From Solirubrobacteraceae bacterium (lineage in GTDB: Bacteria > Actinomycetota > Thermoleophilia > Solirubrobacterales > Solirubrobacteraceae), in NCBI GenBank assembly GCA_050012835.1, contig JBEKGK010000002.1, positions 1,428 to 65,427 of the forward strand: a stretch of DNA of 64,000 bases, in the 5' to 3' direction. The position numbers and the translations under genes are program-made. Below, piece by piece: positions 18,063 through 27,597 of the stretch (position 1 is its first letter; every line of letters starts with the position of its first letter). The notes beneath the pieces were generated by a model, which saw only the letters and a program-made list of their open reading frames with translations, was not told where the DNA came from and did no database searches.

Positions 18063-19657
18063 CCGACGTGCCCCAGGCCGAACAGGTCCTCGATCGTGCG
18101 CAGCAGCGAGAAGTGGTTGAACGGTTCCTGGCTGGTGGTGGCGCCCTTCACGTATGGCGACAGCAGCAGCGCCCCCACCGCCCCGCCGCCGCTGGGGGCG
18201 CCGGTGAGCGTCTTGGTGGGCGCGTTCGCGAACAGCGGCTGACCGCAGCAGGAGCTGGAGTCGGCGAACGCGCCACTCGAGGGCGCCTGGTCGACGGTTA
18301 TCACCAGCAAGCCGCTTTCCTTGTAGGCCTTCGAGCCCATGATCTCGGGTACGACCTGTTTGAGGAACGTGTCCGCAGGCGCCAGTCCGGCCGGGGCGCC
18401 GGCGGAGCATGGTGTCGGGTTCCCGTCGTGACAGCGGTCCGGCACGATGTAGGAGAAGCTCGGCGTGCTCCTGGCGCTTGCCAGGTCGGCCTTGAGCTTG
18501 TCGAGGCCGACGTCGTCGGCGGCACACTGCGGCGAGCCGGTGATCGAGGCGAAGTAGACGAACGGGTTGCGGAACGTCGCGTACGGCCCGCTGCTCGCGG
18601 CTTCCTGGGCGCTCGCGTCGGCCTGCCCGAGGGCCGGGTGAGGGCACGCGCCCAGCGCGGCGCCTTCGTCGATCCCTTCGATGTACGCCCGCCACGTGAG
18701 GCTCTTGGCGGACAGCTGACCGGCGAGCGTCTGCGTGGAGGCCGGATAGACGCAGCCGCTGCCGAGCACCTGTTCGTCGGCGCCGGTGCCGGTCGGCGCT
18801 ATGTCCGTGTAGTTGGGGCAGTTGGCAGCCGTTTCCGCGGTCGGCCCCTGGCCGCTCAGCAGCGCCACGCCGTCCGCCAGCCCCTGATGCGCGATCCCGT
18901 CGTAGCGGGTGAGCAGCTCGCCCTTGTGCTCGAGCGTGCCGGTCAGGTACGTGGCCGTGGATGCGGGACCGAACACCGACGCGTACGGCTCGTCGGAGAG
19001 CACGATCACGAACACGTGCTTGAGCGGCGGCAGCTTCTTGGCGGGGCTGCCGGCGGAGGATTCGGAGGAGCCGCTTTCAGAGCTGCCGGACCCGGCTTGC
19101 GACCCGGAGCCGGATTCGGAGCCCGAGCCGGATTCGGAGCTGCCCGAGCTGCCGCTCGTACTCGACGGCGTCTTCGCCGCGGGCGCGCTTTTCGTGGGGG
19201 CAGGCGTCGGTTCGGATTCGGAGGCTGGCGGTTCGCTGGCGGAGGGTTCGGATGTGGTGGACGGGGAAGTGGTCGTGGAGGGCGGCCCGGTCGCGGGAAG
19301 CACGACCTTCACCGGCGAGCGTGCCGAGGCGAGCGTGGCATTCACCCGCGAGCGGGCGACGTTGCCCATGAGCACCCCGAAGCCGAGGAACACCACGACC
19401 AGCAGCGCCGACACCCGAGGCGGCGGAAGCTTCAGGCCGGTTGACGCTGGCGCGACCGCTACTGCTGGGGTTGGCGCGACGACGTTTGCTGGAGCGGGCG
19501 CGGGAGCGCCCTGCTGCTCGACGTCGGCGCCATCCGCGGGCTCGCGCGTGCGCCGCAGGAGCGCCTCCAGCTCCGGGCTGCGCGGGCCGATGCGTGCGCC
19601 ACAGCCCAGGCAGTAGCGCTGGTCGCCGGCGAGCGCTGAGCCGCAGTCCTCGCACAC
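17999..19657 (-). CDS. Zinc ribbon - TM - Ser/Pro linker - phosphoesterase-family domain protein
   Basis: CEDC...YCLGC, one TM, S/G/P-rich linker, then HVFVIVL, WRAYIE, RNPF, PSFSYIVPD, FNHFSLLRTIEDLFGL. Confidence 0.8.
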   Translation of the reverse strand: MCEDCGSALAGDQRYCLGCGARIGPRSPELEALLRRTREPADGADVEQQGAPAPAPANVVAPTPAVAVAPASTGLKLPPPRVSALLVVVFLGFGVLMGNVARSRVNATLASARSPVKVVLPATGPPSTTTSPSTTSEPSASEPPASESEPTPAPTKSAPAAKTPSSTSGSSGSSESGSGSESGSGSQAGSGSSESGSSESSAGSPAKKLPPLKHVFVIVLSDEPYASVFGPASTATYLTGTLEHKGELLTRYDGIAHQGLADGVALLSGQGPTAETAANCPNYTDIAPTGTGADEQVLGSGCVYPASTQTLAGQLSAKSLTWRAYIEGIDEGAALGACPHPALGQADASAQEAASSGPYATFRNPFVYFASITGSPQCAADDVGLDKLKADLASARSTPSFSYIVPDRCHDGNPTPCSAGAPAGLAPADTFLKQVVPEIMGSKAYKESGLLVITVDQAPSSGAFADSSSCCGQPLFANAPTKTLTGAPSGGGAVGALLLSPYVKGATTSQEPFNHFSLLRTIEDLFGLGHVGYAALSAVKSFEPAMFTAGKS

Positions 19658-19688
19658 GTGGGGGCGCTCGTCGCCGATCGCGGCGCCC

Positions 19689-20150
19689 CTATTGGTCCAG
19701 GATCGCGGTGCTGCTGGGCAGGCGCTCCATCAGCGTCGTGCCGCACTGCCAGCAGTAGAGCGCTCCGCGGCTGTGCGGCGCAAGGCAGCTCGGACAGCTG
19801 CCGGCCACGCCGTCCTGCTCCATGCGCAGCAGGCGCTCGACCTCGGCCAGCTCGGCGTCGCGTTCCTGGAGCATTGCGGCGCGACGCACGAGCACGTCGA
19901 GGCGGAAGTGATCGCGAATCGCCATCTCGTAGGCCAGGCCGCCGAGGTCCCAGTGCAGCTCCGTCACCTGCTCGGCCAGCGCATCGCGCCTGCGCTGCAG
20001 GTCCGAGCGTCCGTCGGCCTCGGTTGCAGAAACGCGTGGCGCAGGGACCGGCAGCGCAGGGGCCGGGTGCGCGGGAACCGGCGGCGCCTGAAAGTCAAGC
20101 GTGGCCGCCTGCTCGCCGTCTGAGTCGATCGTGTCGCGGAGGATGCCCAT
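19689..20150 (-). CDS. Hypothetical coiled-coil protein with C-terminal zinc ribbon
   Basis: Helical LQRRRDALAEQ...DLGGLAYEM...ELAEVERLL, then CPSC...YCWQCG. Confidence 0.78.
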   Translation of the reverse strand: MGILRDTIDSDGEQAATLDFQAPPVPAHPAPALPVPAPRVSATEADGRSDLQRRRDALAEQVTELHWDLGGLAYEMAIRDHFRLDVLVRRAAMLQERDAELAEVERLLRMEQDGVAGSCPSCLAPHSRGALYCWQCGTTLMERLPSSTAILDQ

Positions 20151-20154
20151 GCGC

Positions 20155-21021
20155 CTAGCCGGTTTCGACGACGTTCGGGAGGTTCTTGGACTTTTCCTCG
20201 TAGCTTTTGCCTTTGCTGCCTTTGAGTTTGTTGAGCACCGACGGCGGAGCCGGTTTGCTCTCGCTTTCCCCGACCCCTCCCGGGGACGTGGTGGGTGGTT
20301 CCGTGGACGAGCTCGATCCGCCGTTGGACACCTTGATCACCTTCGCGCCCGGGAAGCTCTTCTTCAGGCCGGCGAGTGCCTTTTCGGCTTCGGGCCGCTT
20401 GTGGTAGACGCCCGAGTAGATCACGTAGCTGCCGGCGCTGAGGCTGCTGAATTCTTCGGACTTCAGCGCACCGACCGCCTTGGCGCCCTTGGCGCTCGCT
20501 GCCGACTTGGCGCTTTCCACGGCGCTGACGGCCGTTCCCGATTGCGCCAGCGTCTGCAGCTGCACCGTGTAACCGCTCGTCCCCGCCGGCCAGTCGCCGG
20601 TGAAGGAGGCTTCGCTGGAGGGGGTGGTGGCGGTGCCGGTGGATGTCGGCGAGGCGACGCTGATGACCTGCGCCGGCGCGACGCTCTGCTTGGAGGATCC
20701 CGAGCGACCGATCAGCACACCCACGCCCATCGCCAGCAGCAGCACGCCGACGCCCGCGATCACGGTCAGCGTGTTGTTGCGCTGCGGCGGGCCGGCGGCG
20801 GCGGCAGCGCTCGCCGGCGACCCCGGCGCGGGCGGCGGCACGGCCTGGGAGGCGCCGCGCTGGGGCGGCTCGCCTGAAAGCACGCTGCTCATCGGGACCA
20901 GCCGCTCGCCGCACTCCAGGCAGTAGCGCTGGTCGCCCGCCAGCCGCGCGCCACAGCTGGCGCAGTGCGCGCCAGCGCCTGCGTGCGGCGAAGATGAGCT
21001 TGCGATCGATTCGGTGGACAG
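20155..21021 (-). CDS. Zinc ribbon - TM - SPOR-like domain protein
   Basis: CASC...YCLECG, one TM, WP..GYTVQL...YVIYSGVY...AEKALAGLKKSFPGAKV (SPOR-like); start uncertain (CTG 21021 after GAAGG, or TTG 21198). Confidence 0.72.
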   Translation of the reverse strand: MSTESIASSSSPHAGAGAHCASCGARLAGDQRYCLECGERLVPMSSVLSGEPPQRGASQAVPPPAPGSPASAAAAAGPPQRNNTLTVIAGVGVLLLAMGVGVLIGRSGSSKQSVAPAQVISVASPTSTGTATTPSSEASFTGDWPAGTSGYTVQLQTLAQSGTAVSAVESAKSAASAKGAKAVGALKSEEFSSLSAGSYVIYSGVYHKRPEAEKALAGLKKSFPGAKVIKVSNGGSSSSTEPPTTSPGGVGESESKPAPPSVLNKLKGSKGKSYEEKSKNLPNVVETG

Positions 21022-21213
21022 GGTGACTACCTTCGTGTCTGCGTCGCGGGCGACGAAGAGGCTACGCCGGACCCCGGCTGTGCCGCTCTCGGTGCTGCTG
21101 ATCGTATGGTCGGGCCACCAGCCCGCTCCAACGTGACGATTTTGTGAAGGCCGCACGCTCCACGGCTTGGCCTGGCATCCCTGGCGCCTCAGCGGCAATC
21201 AGCAGGGCGCCGC

Positions 21214-21465
21214 CTATGCGGCAACGCCGTCGCCACGGAGCCGCGAGGCGCCCGACTCCGGCGAGCGTGTCGGCCGAGCGCTCGCGCGCGCCGAGATCTC
21301 CGCGTGCTCGAACTGCTCCCACAGTGTGGTCGTGGTCTCCCCGCGTCCCCTTCCCGCGGGAGCAGTCACGAGCTGTGCGAGGTCGCCCGCGCGCGCTGCC
21401 GCGCACAGCCCCGTGACCAGCGAGAGGACGAGTATCCAGACGGCGATGACGAGCAGGGGGATCAT
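21214..21465 (-). CDS. Small membrane protein (W...LCxxAxxxD family)
   Basis: Hydrophobic N-terminus MIPLLVIAVWILVLSLVTGLCAAARAGD; GGAG SD; apparent paralog at 63233. Confidence 0.65.
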   Translation of the reverse strand: MIPLLVIAVWILVLSLVTGLCAAARAGDLAQLVTAPAGRGRGETTTTLWEQFEHAEISARASARPTRSPESGASRLRGDGVAA

Positions 21466-21767
21466 TGGGAGCTCCGGATTTCGGTGGCCAATTCCTCACC
21501 AAGCATATCAGGTTTATTGCAATCATGGGCGTCGTCATGGTGCGGTCGGGCCGTTGCCCGCAAACTGCGGTCAACCGTTGGTAAGATCGCGACGCAGAGC
21601 GCCCGCGCGCAAGCTCCACTCGAGCGGCGGCAGCCCGTCCCGCCAAACCGCATCGAACGGACGTCAACCGGGTTTATGGGCAGAGCCCACGAGCGCGTGG
21701 CGCGAGCACGCGCCCGCATGTGAGACACGGCGACGCAAGAACCCCAGGCCACAGGAGGGACCCGAAC

Positions 21768-22904
21768 ATGAGGAGCTTTAGGATCAAGCGCGTTGCGGTT
21801 TTGCCGGTGCTGGCTCTGATGAGCCTGGCGTTGGTGCTGCCCCTCGCCTCATGGGCCGCGAGCAGCAAGCCGGTCACGGCCGGGGCTCCGATCGTCATCA
21901 CCGGCGGCATCCATGTGACTGCCACCTCGGTCGTGCTCGAGGGAAGCGTCAATCCTCGAACCCTCGCCACCTCCTACTACTTCAAGTACGGGCCTACCAC
22001 CGCCTATGGCAAAGACACGAGCTCGGGCTCGTTGCCCGCGGGCGGCACCACGGCGGTCAAGGTCAAGGAGACCGCGCCGGGGTTCCTGTCGGGGTACCAC
22101 TACAGCCTGGTGGCATCAAACGCCGGGGGCACGAACGGGAGCACGACGACGACGGAAGGCAAGGACCATAGCCGCACCTTCACGCTCAAAACCGTCAAGA
22201 AGAAGAAGGACGCGTTCGTGCTCCCTAAGCTGTTCGAGCCGACCCCGGTCGGAGGCACGTTCACCCTCAGCGGCACGCTGACGGGGACCGGGAACGCCAA
22301 TCGTGCGATCGTGCTGCAGGCCAGCCCCTACCCCTACAGGACGGCATTTGCCAATGTCGGCGCCCCCATCCTCACAAGCGCCAGCGGCGCCTTCTCGTTC
22401 ACCGTGCGCAAACTGTCGGCCAGCACCAAGTTCCGCATCAGCACCGTCGGCGGAGTTCCGGTGTACAGCTTGATCGTGCCCGCGCAGGCGCAGGTGCGCG
22501 TCGTCCTCAAAGTACGTGCGAGCAGTCACAAGGGGCTCGTCCGCCTCTATGGGACGGTCACGCCGGCGGAGGTCGGGGCGCACGTGCTGTTCCAGCTTGA
22601 AAGGCCGCCCAAGGCCGAAAAGATCGAAACGAGCGAAAAGCCCGGCAAGCTCGAAAAGCCCGGGAAGGGCTCATCCGAAAGGTCCGAAGAAAAGCCGCCG
22701 ACGTTCGCGACCAAGTTCAAGACGGTGGTCAAGGCGGCCACCAGGGCGATCTCGCGTTTCAGCATGGTGGTGAGCATCACCCAGGCGGGTCACTACCGAG
22801 CGTTCGTCGAGATCCCCCCCGGCCCGCTGGTGTCGGGCCACAGCCAGAGCATCACGCTCTCAGCGCCCACCGCAAAGAAGAAGGCGAAGAAGAAGAAAGG
22901 GTGA
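21768..22904 (+). CDS. Secreted beta-rich (Ig/FN3-like) protein with Lys-rich C-terminal tail
   Basis: Signal peptide; GSVNP...YYFKYGPTTAYG FN3-like module; Thr/Gly-rich beta modules; ends KKKAKKKKG; SD AGGAGG. Confidence 0.8.
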   Translation: MRSFRIKRVAVLPVLALMSLALVLPLASWAASSKPVTAGAPIVITGGIHVTATSVVLEGSVNPRTLATSYYFKYGPTTAYGKDTSSGSLPAGGTTAVKVKETAPGFLSGYHYSLVASNAGGTNGSTTTTEGKDHSRTFTLKTVKKKKDAFVLPKLFEPTPVGGTFTLSGTLTGTGNANRAIVLQASPYPYRTAFANVGAPILTSASGAFSFTVRKLSASTKFRISTVGGVPVYSLIVPAQAQVRVVLKVRASSHKGLVRLYGTVTPAEVGAHVLFQLERPPKAEKIETSEKPGKLEKPGKGSSERSEEKPPTFATKFKTVVKAATRAISRFSMVVSITQAGHYRAFVEIPPGPLVSGHSQSITLSAPTAKKKAKKKKG

Positions 22905-22926
22905 GCCAGGGCGCAGGGCCGCCAGC

Positions 22927-24951
22927 TCAGGGCTTGCCGCTGATCAGCCCTCTGGCCGCGAGCAGGTCCATCACGCGCTCGACCTCTTCCTCGACCGTTT
23001 CCTGGAAGCTGCCGAGCACCAGGTCAGGTTCTGATGGCGCCTCGTAGGGCGCCCCCACCCCGGTGAGTCCGGCAAGCTCACCCGAGCGTGCCCGCGCATA
23101 CAGCCCCTTGGGGTCGCGCTGCTCGCACAGCTCCAGCGGCGCGTCCACGAAGATCTCCAGGAAGCCGAGATCGTCGGCCGCGTGCAGCGCCGCCGCCGCC
23201 TGGCGATCGGCGGCGTAGGGACTGACGAGGCTGACCAGCGCGACCGTCCCCGACTCGGCGAGCAGCCTCGCCACGTGGGCGGTGCGGCGCACGTTCTCCG
23301 TGCGGGCGTCCTCGTCGAATCCGAGGTCGCCGTTGAGGCCGTGGCGCAGGTTGTCGCCGTCGAGCAGGAACGCCGGCTGGCCAGCCTGCAGCAGGCGCTC
23401 CTCGACGGCCGCCGCGACGGTCGACTTGCCGGCTCCGGGCAGGCCCGTGAACCACAGCGTCGCGCCGCCGTGCCCCAGCGACTGCCAGCGCCGCTCGCGC
23501 GTCATGCGCGTCCCCTGCCAGCGCACGTTCGGGCTGCGCTCGCTCTTCGGCTCCGATCCGGCCTCCTCGACCTCGGTGTCGAGGATCACGCCGGCCGCGA
23601 CCGTGTCGTTGCTCGCCTCGTCGATCACGATCAGGCTGCCGGTGACGCGGTTGCGCCGGTAGGAGTCGAACACGAGCGGCGAGCTCAGCTCCATTTGCAC
23701 GCGCGCGAGATCGTTCAGCTCGAGCGTCGTCGTGCGCTCGTCGCGGCGCAGCGTCTCGACGTCGATCCGGTAGCGAACGTCGACCTTGCCGACCATCGCC
23801 GTACGCGTGGTGTGCTTGACCAGATAGCGCCTGCCCGGGCTCAGGGGCTGCTCGGACATCCAGCACAGCAGGCACTCGAAATGGCTGGACACCGTGGGCT
23901 GGTTCTGCGTGCGCACGATCGTGCTGCCGCGCCCGACGTCGATGTCGTCACTCAACCGCAGCGCCACCGACATCGGCGGGAACGCCTCGGCGACCGGTCC
24001 CTCGTAGGTGTCGATGCCCGCGACCGTCGTGCGCTGCCCACCCGGCAGCACGACCACCTCATCGCCCTGGCGGATGATCCCGCCAGCCAGCTGTCCCGCG
24101 TAGGCGCGGTAGTCGGCGATCTCGGTCGCCGGCGGACGGATGACCCACTGCACCGGGAAGCGCACGTCGATCAGGTTGCGGTCGGATGCGATGTGCACGT
24201 GCTCGAGGTGGTAGAGCAGCGGCGGACCCTGGTACCACGGCATCGCCTCGGATCGATCAACGACGTTGTCGCCGAGCAATGCCGAGATCGGGATGAACGT
24301 CACGTCGGGCAGCTCCAGGCGCGCGGCGAACGCGTCGAACTCCTCTACGATCGCGTCGAAGGAAGCCTCATCGAAGTTGACGAGGTCCATCTTGTTGACG
24401 CACACGACGACGTGCGGGATCCCCAGCAGCGAGCTGATGAACGCGTGGCGCTTTGACTGGGCGAGGACGCCCTTGCGCGCGTCGACCAGCACGATCGCCA
24501 GGTCGGCGGTTGAGGCGCCGGTGACCATGTTGCGCGTGTACTGCTCGTGCCCAGGGGTGTCGGCGATGATGAAGCGACGTTGCGCGGTGGCGAAGTAGCG
24601 GTAGGCGACGTCGATCGTGATGCCCTGCTCACGCTCCGCGCGCAGCCCGTCGGTCAGCAGGGAGAGGTCGAGGACCTGTCCCTTGCGCTGGCTCGCCTGC
24701 TCGACGTGCTCCAGCTGATCGGCGAGCACCTGCTTGGAGTCGTACAGCAGCCTGCCGATCAGCGTGCTCTTGCCGTCGTCGACCGAGCCCGCGGTCGCGA
24801 ATCGCAGCAGGTCCGTGGGGCGCTCGGTCAGGCGTTTGAAGACGTCCGCGGAGCTCTCGCCCTCGAGCGCCGCGCCTGCACGCACCGCGCCGTTGCCGTT
24901 GCCGTTGAGCGTCACGCCGTGCGGTGAGTCGGATCCATCCACCCGTGCCAT
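22927..24951 (-). CDS. cysNC: Bifunctional sulfate adenylyltransferase subunit 1 / adenylylsulfate kinase
   Basis: GSVDDGKST, GITIDVAYRYF, DTPGHEQYTRN, NKMD (CysN GTPase); WFTGLPGAGKST, LDGDNLR, RDPKGLY (CysC). Confidence 0.97.
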   Translation of the reverse strand: MARVDGSDSPHGVTLNGNGNGAVRAGAALEGESSADVFKRLTERPTDLLRFATAGSVDDGKSTLIGRLLYDSKQVLADQLEHVEQASQRKGQVLDLSLLTDGLRAEREQGITIDVAYRYFATAQRRFIIADTPGHEQYTRNMVTGASTADLAIVLVDARKGVLAQSKRHAFISSLLGIPHVVVCVNKMDLVNFDEASFDAIVEEFDAFAARLELPDVTFIPISALLGDNVVDRSEAMPWYQGPPLLYHLEHVHIASDRNLIDVRFPVQWVIRPPATEIADYRAYAGQLAGGIIRQGDEVVVLPGGQRTTVAGIDTYEGPVAEAFPPMSVALRLSDDIDVGRGSTIVRTQNQPTVSSHFECLLCWMSEQPLSPGRRYLVKHTTRTAMVGKVDVRYRIDVETLRRDERTTTLELNDLARVQMELSSPLVFDSYRRNRVTGSLIVIDEASNDTVAAGVILDTEVEEAGSEPKSERSPNVRWQGTRMTRERRWQSLGHGGATLWFTGLPGAGKSTVAAAVEERLLQAGQPAFLLDGDNLRHGLNGDLGFDEDARTENVRRTAHVARLLAESGTVALVSLVSPYAADRQAAAALHAADDLGFLEIFVDAPLELCEQRDPKGLYARARSGELAGLTGVGAPYEAPSEPDLVLGSFQETVEEEVERVMDLLAARGLISGKP

Positions 24952-25862
24952 CAGAAGTACCCCTGCCGCTTGCGATCCTCCATCGCCGCCTCCGTCACGC
25001 GGTCGTCGGCGCGCGTCTCACCGCGCTCGGTGATCTGCGTGGCGGCGATCTCCGCGACCACCTCCGCCAGCGTGCCCGCGTCCGACTCGACGGCGCCGGT
25101 ACAGCTCATGTCGCCGACCGTGCGGTAGCGCACCCGCGCCGAGAACGGCTGCTCCCCATCCATCAGCTCCACGAACGGGCTGACCGCGTACAGCATGCCG
25201 TCACGGGAGAACACCTCGCGCTCGTGGGCGAAGTAGATCGACGGCACCTCCAACTCCTCCTCGGCTATGTACTGCCACACGTCGAGCTCAGTCCAGTTTG
25301 AGATCGGAAAGACGCGCGCATGCTCTCCCTTGCGAATGCGTCCATTGTAGAGGCCCCAGACCTCGGGACGCTGTTTGTGGGGCTCCCACTGGCCGAACTC
25401 GTCGCGGAAGGACAGGATGCGCTCCTTGGCGCGCGCACGCTCCTCGTCGCGCCGGGCCCCGCCGAACGCCGCATCGAAGCCGTGCTCGGCGATCGCATCC
25501 AGCAGCGTGACGGTCTGCAGGGCGTTGCGAGAGGCGCGCGGGCCCTGCTGCTCCACCGCTCGACCGTCGCGGATCGAGTCCTCGACCGAGGCCACGATCA
25601 GGCGCTCGCCGAGCTCGGCCACGCGGCGGTCGCGGAACTCGATCGCCTCGGGGAAGTTGTGCCCGGTGTCGACGTGCATCAGCGGGAACGGGAACGGCGC
25701 CGGGCGAAACGCCTTCTCGGCCAGGCGCAGCAACACGATCGAGTCCTTGCCGCCGCTGAACAGCAGCACCGGGCGCTCGAATTCGGCCGCCACCTCGCGC
25801 ATCACGTGGACCGCCTCGGACTCGAGCGTGCGTAGATGCGATAGGTGATAGGTGGCTGGCAT
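24951..25862 (-). CDS. cysD: Sulfate adenylyltransferase subunit 2
   Basis: LFSGGKDS PP-loop, GGARRDEERARAKER, RVFPISNWTE, MEDRKRQGYF; stop overlaps cysNC start (TGATG). Confidence 0.97.
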   Translation of the reverse strand: MPATYHLSHLRTLESEAVHVMREVAAEFERPVLLFSGGKDSIVLLRLAEKAFRPAPFPFPLMHVDTGHNFPEAIEFRDRRVAELGERLIVASVEDSIRDGRAVEQQGPRASRNALQTVTLLDAIAEHGFDAAFGGARRDEERARAKERILSFRDEFGQWEPHKQRPEVWGLYNGRIRKGEHARVFPISNWTELDVWQYIAEEELEVPSIYFAHEREVFSRDGMLYAVSPFVELMDGEQPFSARVRYRTVGDMSCTGAVESDAGTLAEVVAEIAATQITERGETRADDRVTEAAMEDRKRQGYF

Positions 25863-26014
25863 CCGTGCTGTGTCGGCTTGTCTTGACGTGCTTCCCGGGG
25901 TGCGTAGCCGCCGTCGGCGGTCAGAGCACAGGGTCGCGCCTCCTGGCCTGATGCGTGTGAACATTACGGTGCGCATCTGTATTTTTCAAGTTGCCCGGGC
26001 CGTTGCGCACAGCC

Positions 26015-26042
26015 TCAAGGATCTCGACCGGGCCGTCGATAC
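26015..26042 (+). promoter_or_regulatory. Sigma28/WhiG-type promoter candidate
   Basis: TCAA-N16-GTCGATAC, about 45 nt upstream of ATG 26088. Confidence 0.5.
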
Positions 26043-26087
26043 ACGCGAGGTGATGCTTATTACCATGGGCTCAGTCGCCTTCGCCTG

Positions 26088-27584
26088 ATGTCGATCCGCA
26101 AACGGCCCATCGATCCCCAGCTCCGCCGCCGGGCGGTCAGTGTCCTCAGCGCCGGCGCGCTGGCCATCGCCCCCGGCCTGCTGCTGCCCTCGCCTGCGCC
26201 GGCGACACAGCACCGGCTCACGGTCCAGTCCAGCGACGTCACCCCGGCTGCGCCCGGCGAAGCCAGCGTCGCTCCGCCGGGCGAATCCACCGGACAGCCG
26301 GCTCCCAACAGCGAAAGGCGCGCAGGGCGCAGTGGCCGCTGCCAACTCCAGATCGAAGTCGCTCCCAGTCCTCTCACGGCAGGGGAATCGGCGACGGCCG
26401 TGGGCTCTCTGACGTGCCCGAGCCCCGGGGACGCCTCAGAACAGACGGTCACCATCTACCAGCGCAGCACCGGGACGCCGGGCTTCGGCGTCGCGGGGAC
26501 CACGACGACCGAAGCAAGCGGCGCCTTTCGGTTCACGACCGAGCCCCTGCTGGCCAACAGCACCTTCTACGCCCGCACCCAGGGCGCTCGCAGCGAGCGC
26601 AGGGCCGTGAAGGTCACGGCCCTGGTCACGATCAGCGGCCCCCCGGAGAGCACGCAGCTCACACAGCTGTCGCTCGCGGGCCGGCGTTCCGATGCGAGCG
26701 CGCTCGCCAGCAACACGCTGACGTTCACTGGCACCGTCAGCCCAGACGACGTCGGCGGCAGGGTGGTGCTGCAGCGCGAGAGCGCCACCGACAGCGAAGA
26801 CTGGCGGCGGATCGGTCTCGGCGAAGTCGGCGCGGACGGTGACTACTCGATCAGCCACACGTTCCTCCGTGCGGGCACCGCCACCGTTCGCGTGGTCGTG
26901 CATGCCCGCGGGCTCCTCCCAGTCGCCTCGGAACCGCTCACCTACGTGATCGCGCCGCGGCAGAACCCGCGCTTGACGATCAGCGCCTCGGCAGAGCAGC
27001 TCTCCTACGGACAGTCGGTCACGCTCAGCGGAACAGCCACCGCGGCGGCCAACCAGTCGCTGACGCTGCTCGCACGGACCGCAGAGAGCGCGTTTGCACC
27101 GGTGGCGACGGTGACCACCGCCGGCAACGGCAGCTACGAGTTCCCCGCGCAGGCGCCGCTTCGGAGCACGATGTACAAGGTGGCCGGTGCCGGTACCAGC
27201 TCCACGGCCGCGTTCGAGACCGTCAAGCCCCTGCTCAGCGCCCAGGTCTCCTCAACCAGCGTCCAGACCGGCGAGCCGCTGACGTTCTCGGGCACGATCA
27301 CGCCCGCTCACGCCGGTCAGGTCGTGTACCTCCAGCGCCAGAACCCGTCCGGGCTCAGCTTCCATACCGTCGACGTCGGCACGGTCAGCGCCGGGGGAGC
27401 CTACTCGATCGAACACACCGTCTCGGGTGGCGGCACGCAGGTGTTCCGCATCAAAGTCCCAGGCGACTCCGGAGACCCGGCTGTGGCGAGCGAACCCTTC
27501 AAGATCCAGGTGGCGCCCGCAGCGACCGCCCCGCTGGAACCGCAAGCGCCCGGCGCAGGCTCCGTGGTTCCCGGCGAATCCTAG
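26088..27584 (+). CDS. Secreted protein with about four tandem Ig-like beta modules
   Basis: RRR-containing signal peptide; repeated LTFTGTVSP...VVLQRE and LTFSGTITP...VYLQRQ...G.YSI.HT modules. Confidence 0.78.
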   Translation: MSIRKRPIDPQLRRRAVSVLSAGALAIAPGLLLPSPAPATQHRLTVQSSDVTPAAPGEASVAPPGESTGQPAPNSERRAGRSGRCQLQIEVAPSPLTAGESATAVGSLTCPSPGDASEQTVTIYQRSTGTPGFGVAGTTTTEASGAFRFTTEPLLANSTFYARTQGARSERRAVKVTALVTISGPPESTQLTQLSLAGRRSDASALASNTLTFTGTVSPDDVGGRVVLQRESATDSEDWRRIGLGEVGADGDYSISHTFLRAGTATVRVVVHARGLLPVASEPLTYVIAPRQNPRLTISASAEQLSYGQSVTLSGTATAAANQSLTLLARTAESAFAPVATVTTAGNGSYEFPAQAPLRSTMYKVAGAGTSSTAAFETVKPLLSAQVSSTSVQTGEPLTFSGTITPAHAGQVVYLQRQNPSGLSFHTVDVGTVSAGGAYSIEHTVSGGGTQVFRIKVPGDSGDPAVASEPFKIQVAPAATAPLEPQAPGAGSVVPGES

Positions 27585-27597
27585 AAGCGGACGTCGG

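Noticed and set aside
19060-19160. Short ggattcggag-type repeats
   Set aside because: They encode the Ser/Gly/Glu linker of a protein; not CRISPR or a mobile repeat
21480-21760. Intergenic region examined for riboswitch, ncRNA, tRNA or att site (also 41896-42177)
   Set aside because: No recognisable conserved RNA structure, tRNA or integrase; an Rfam/Infernal search would be needed to exclude one
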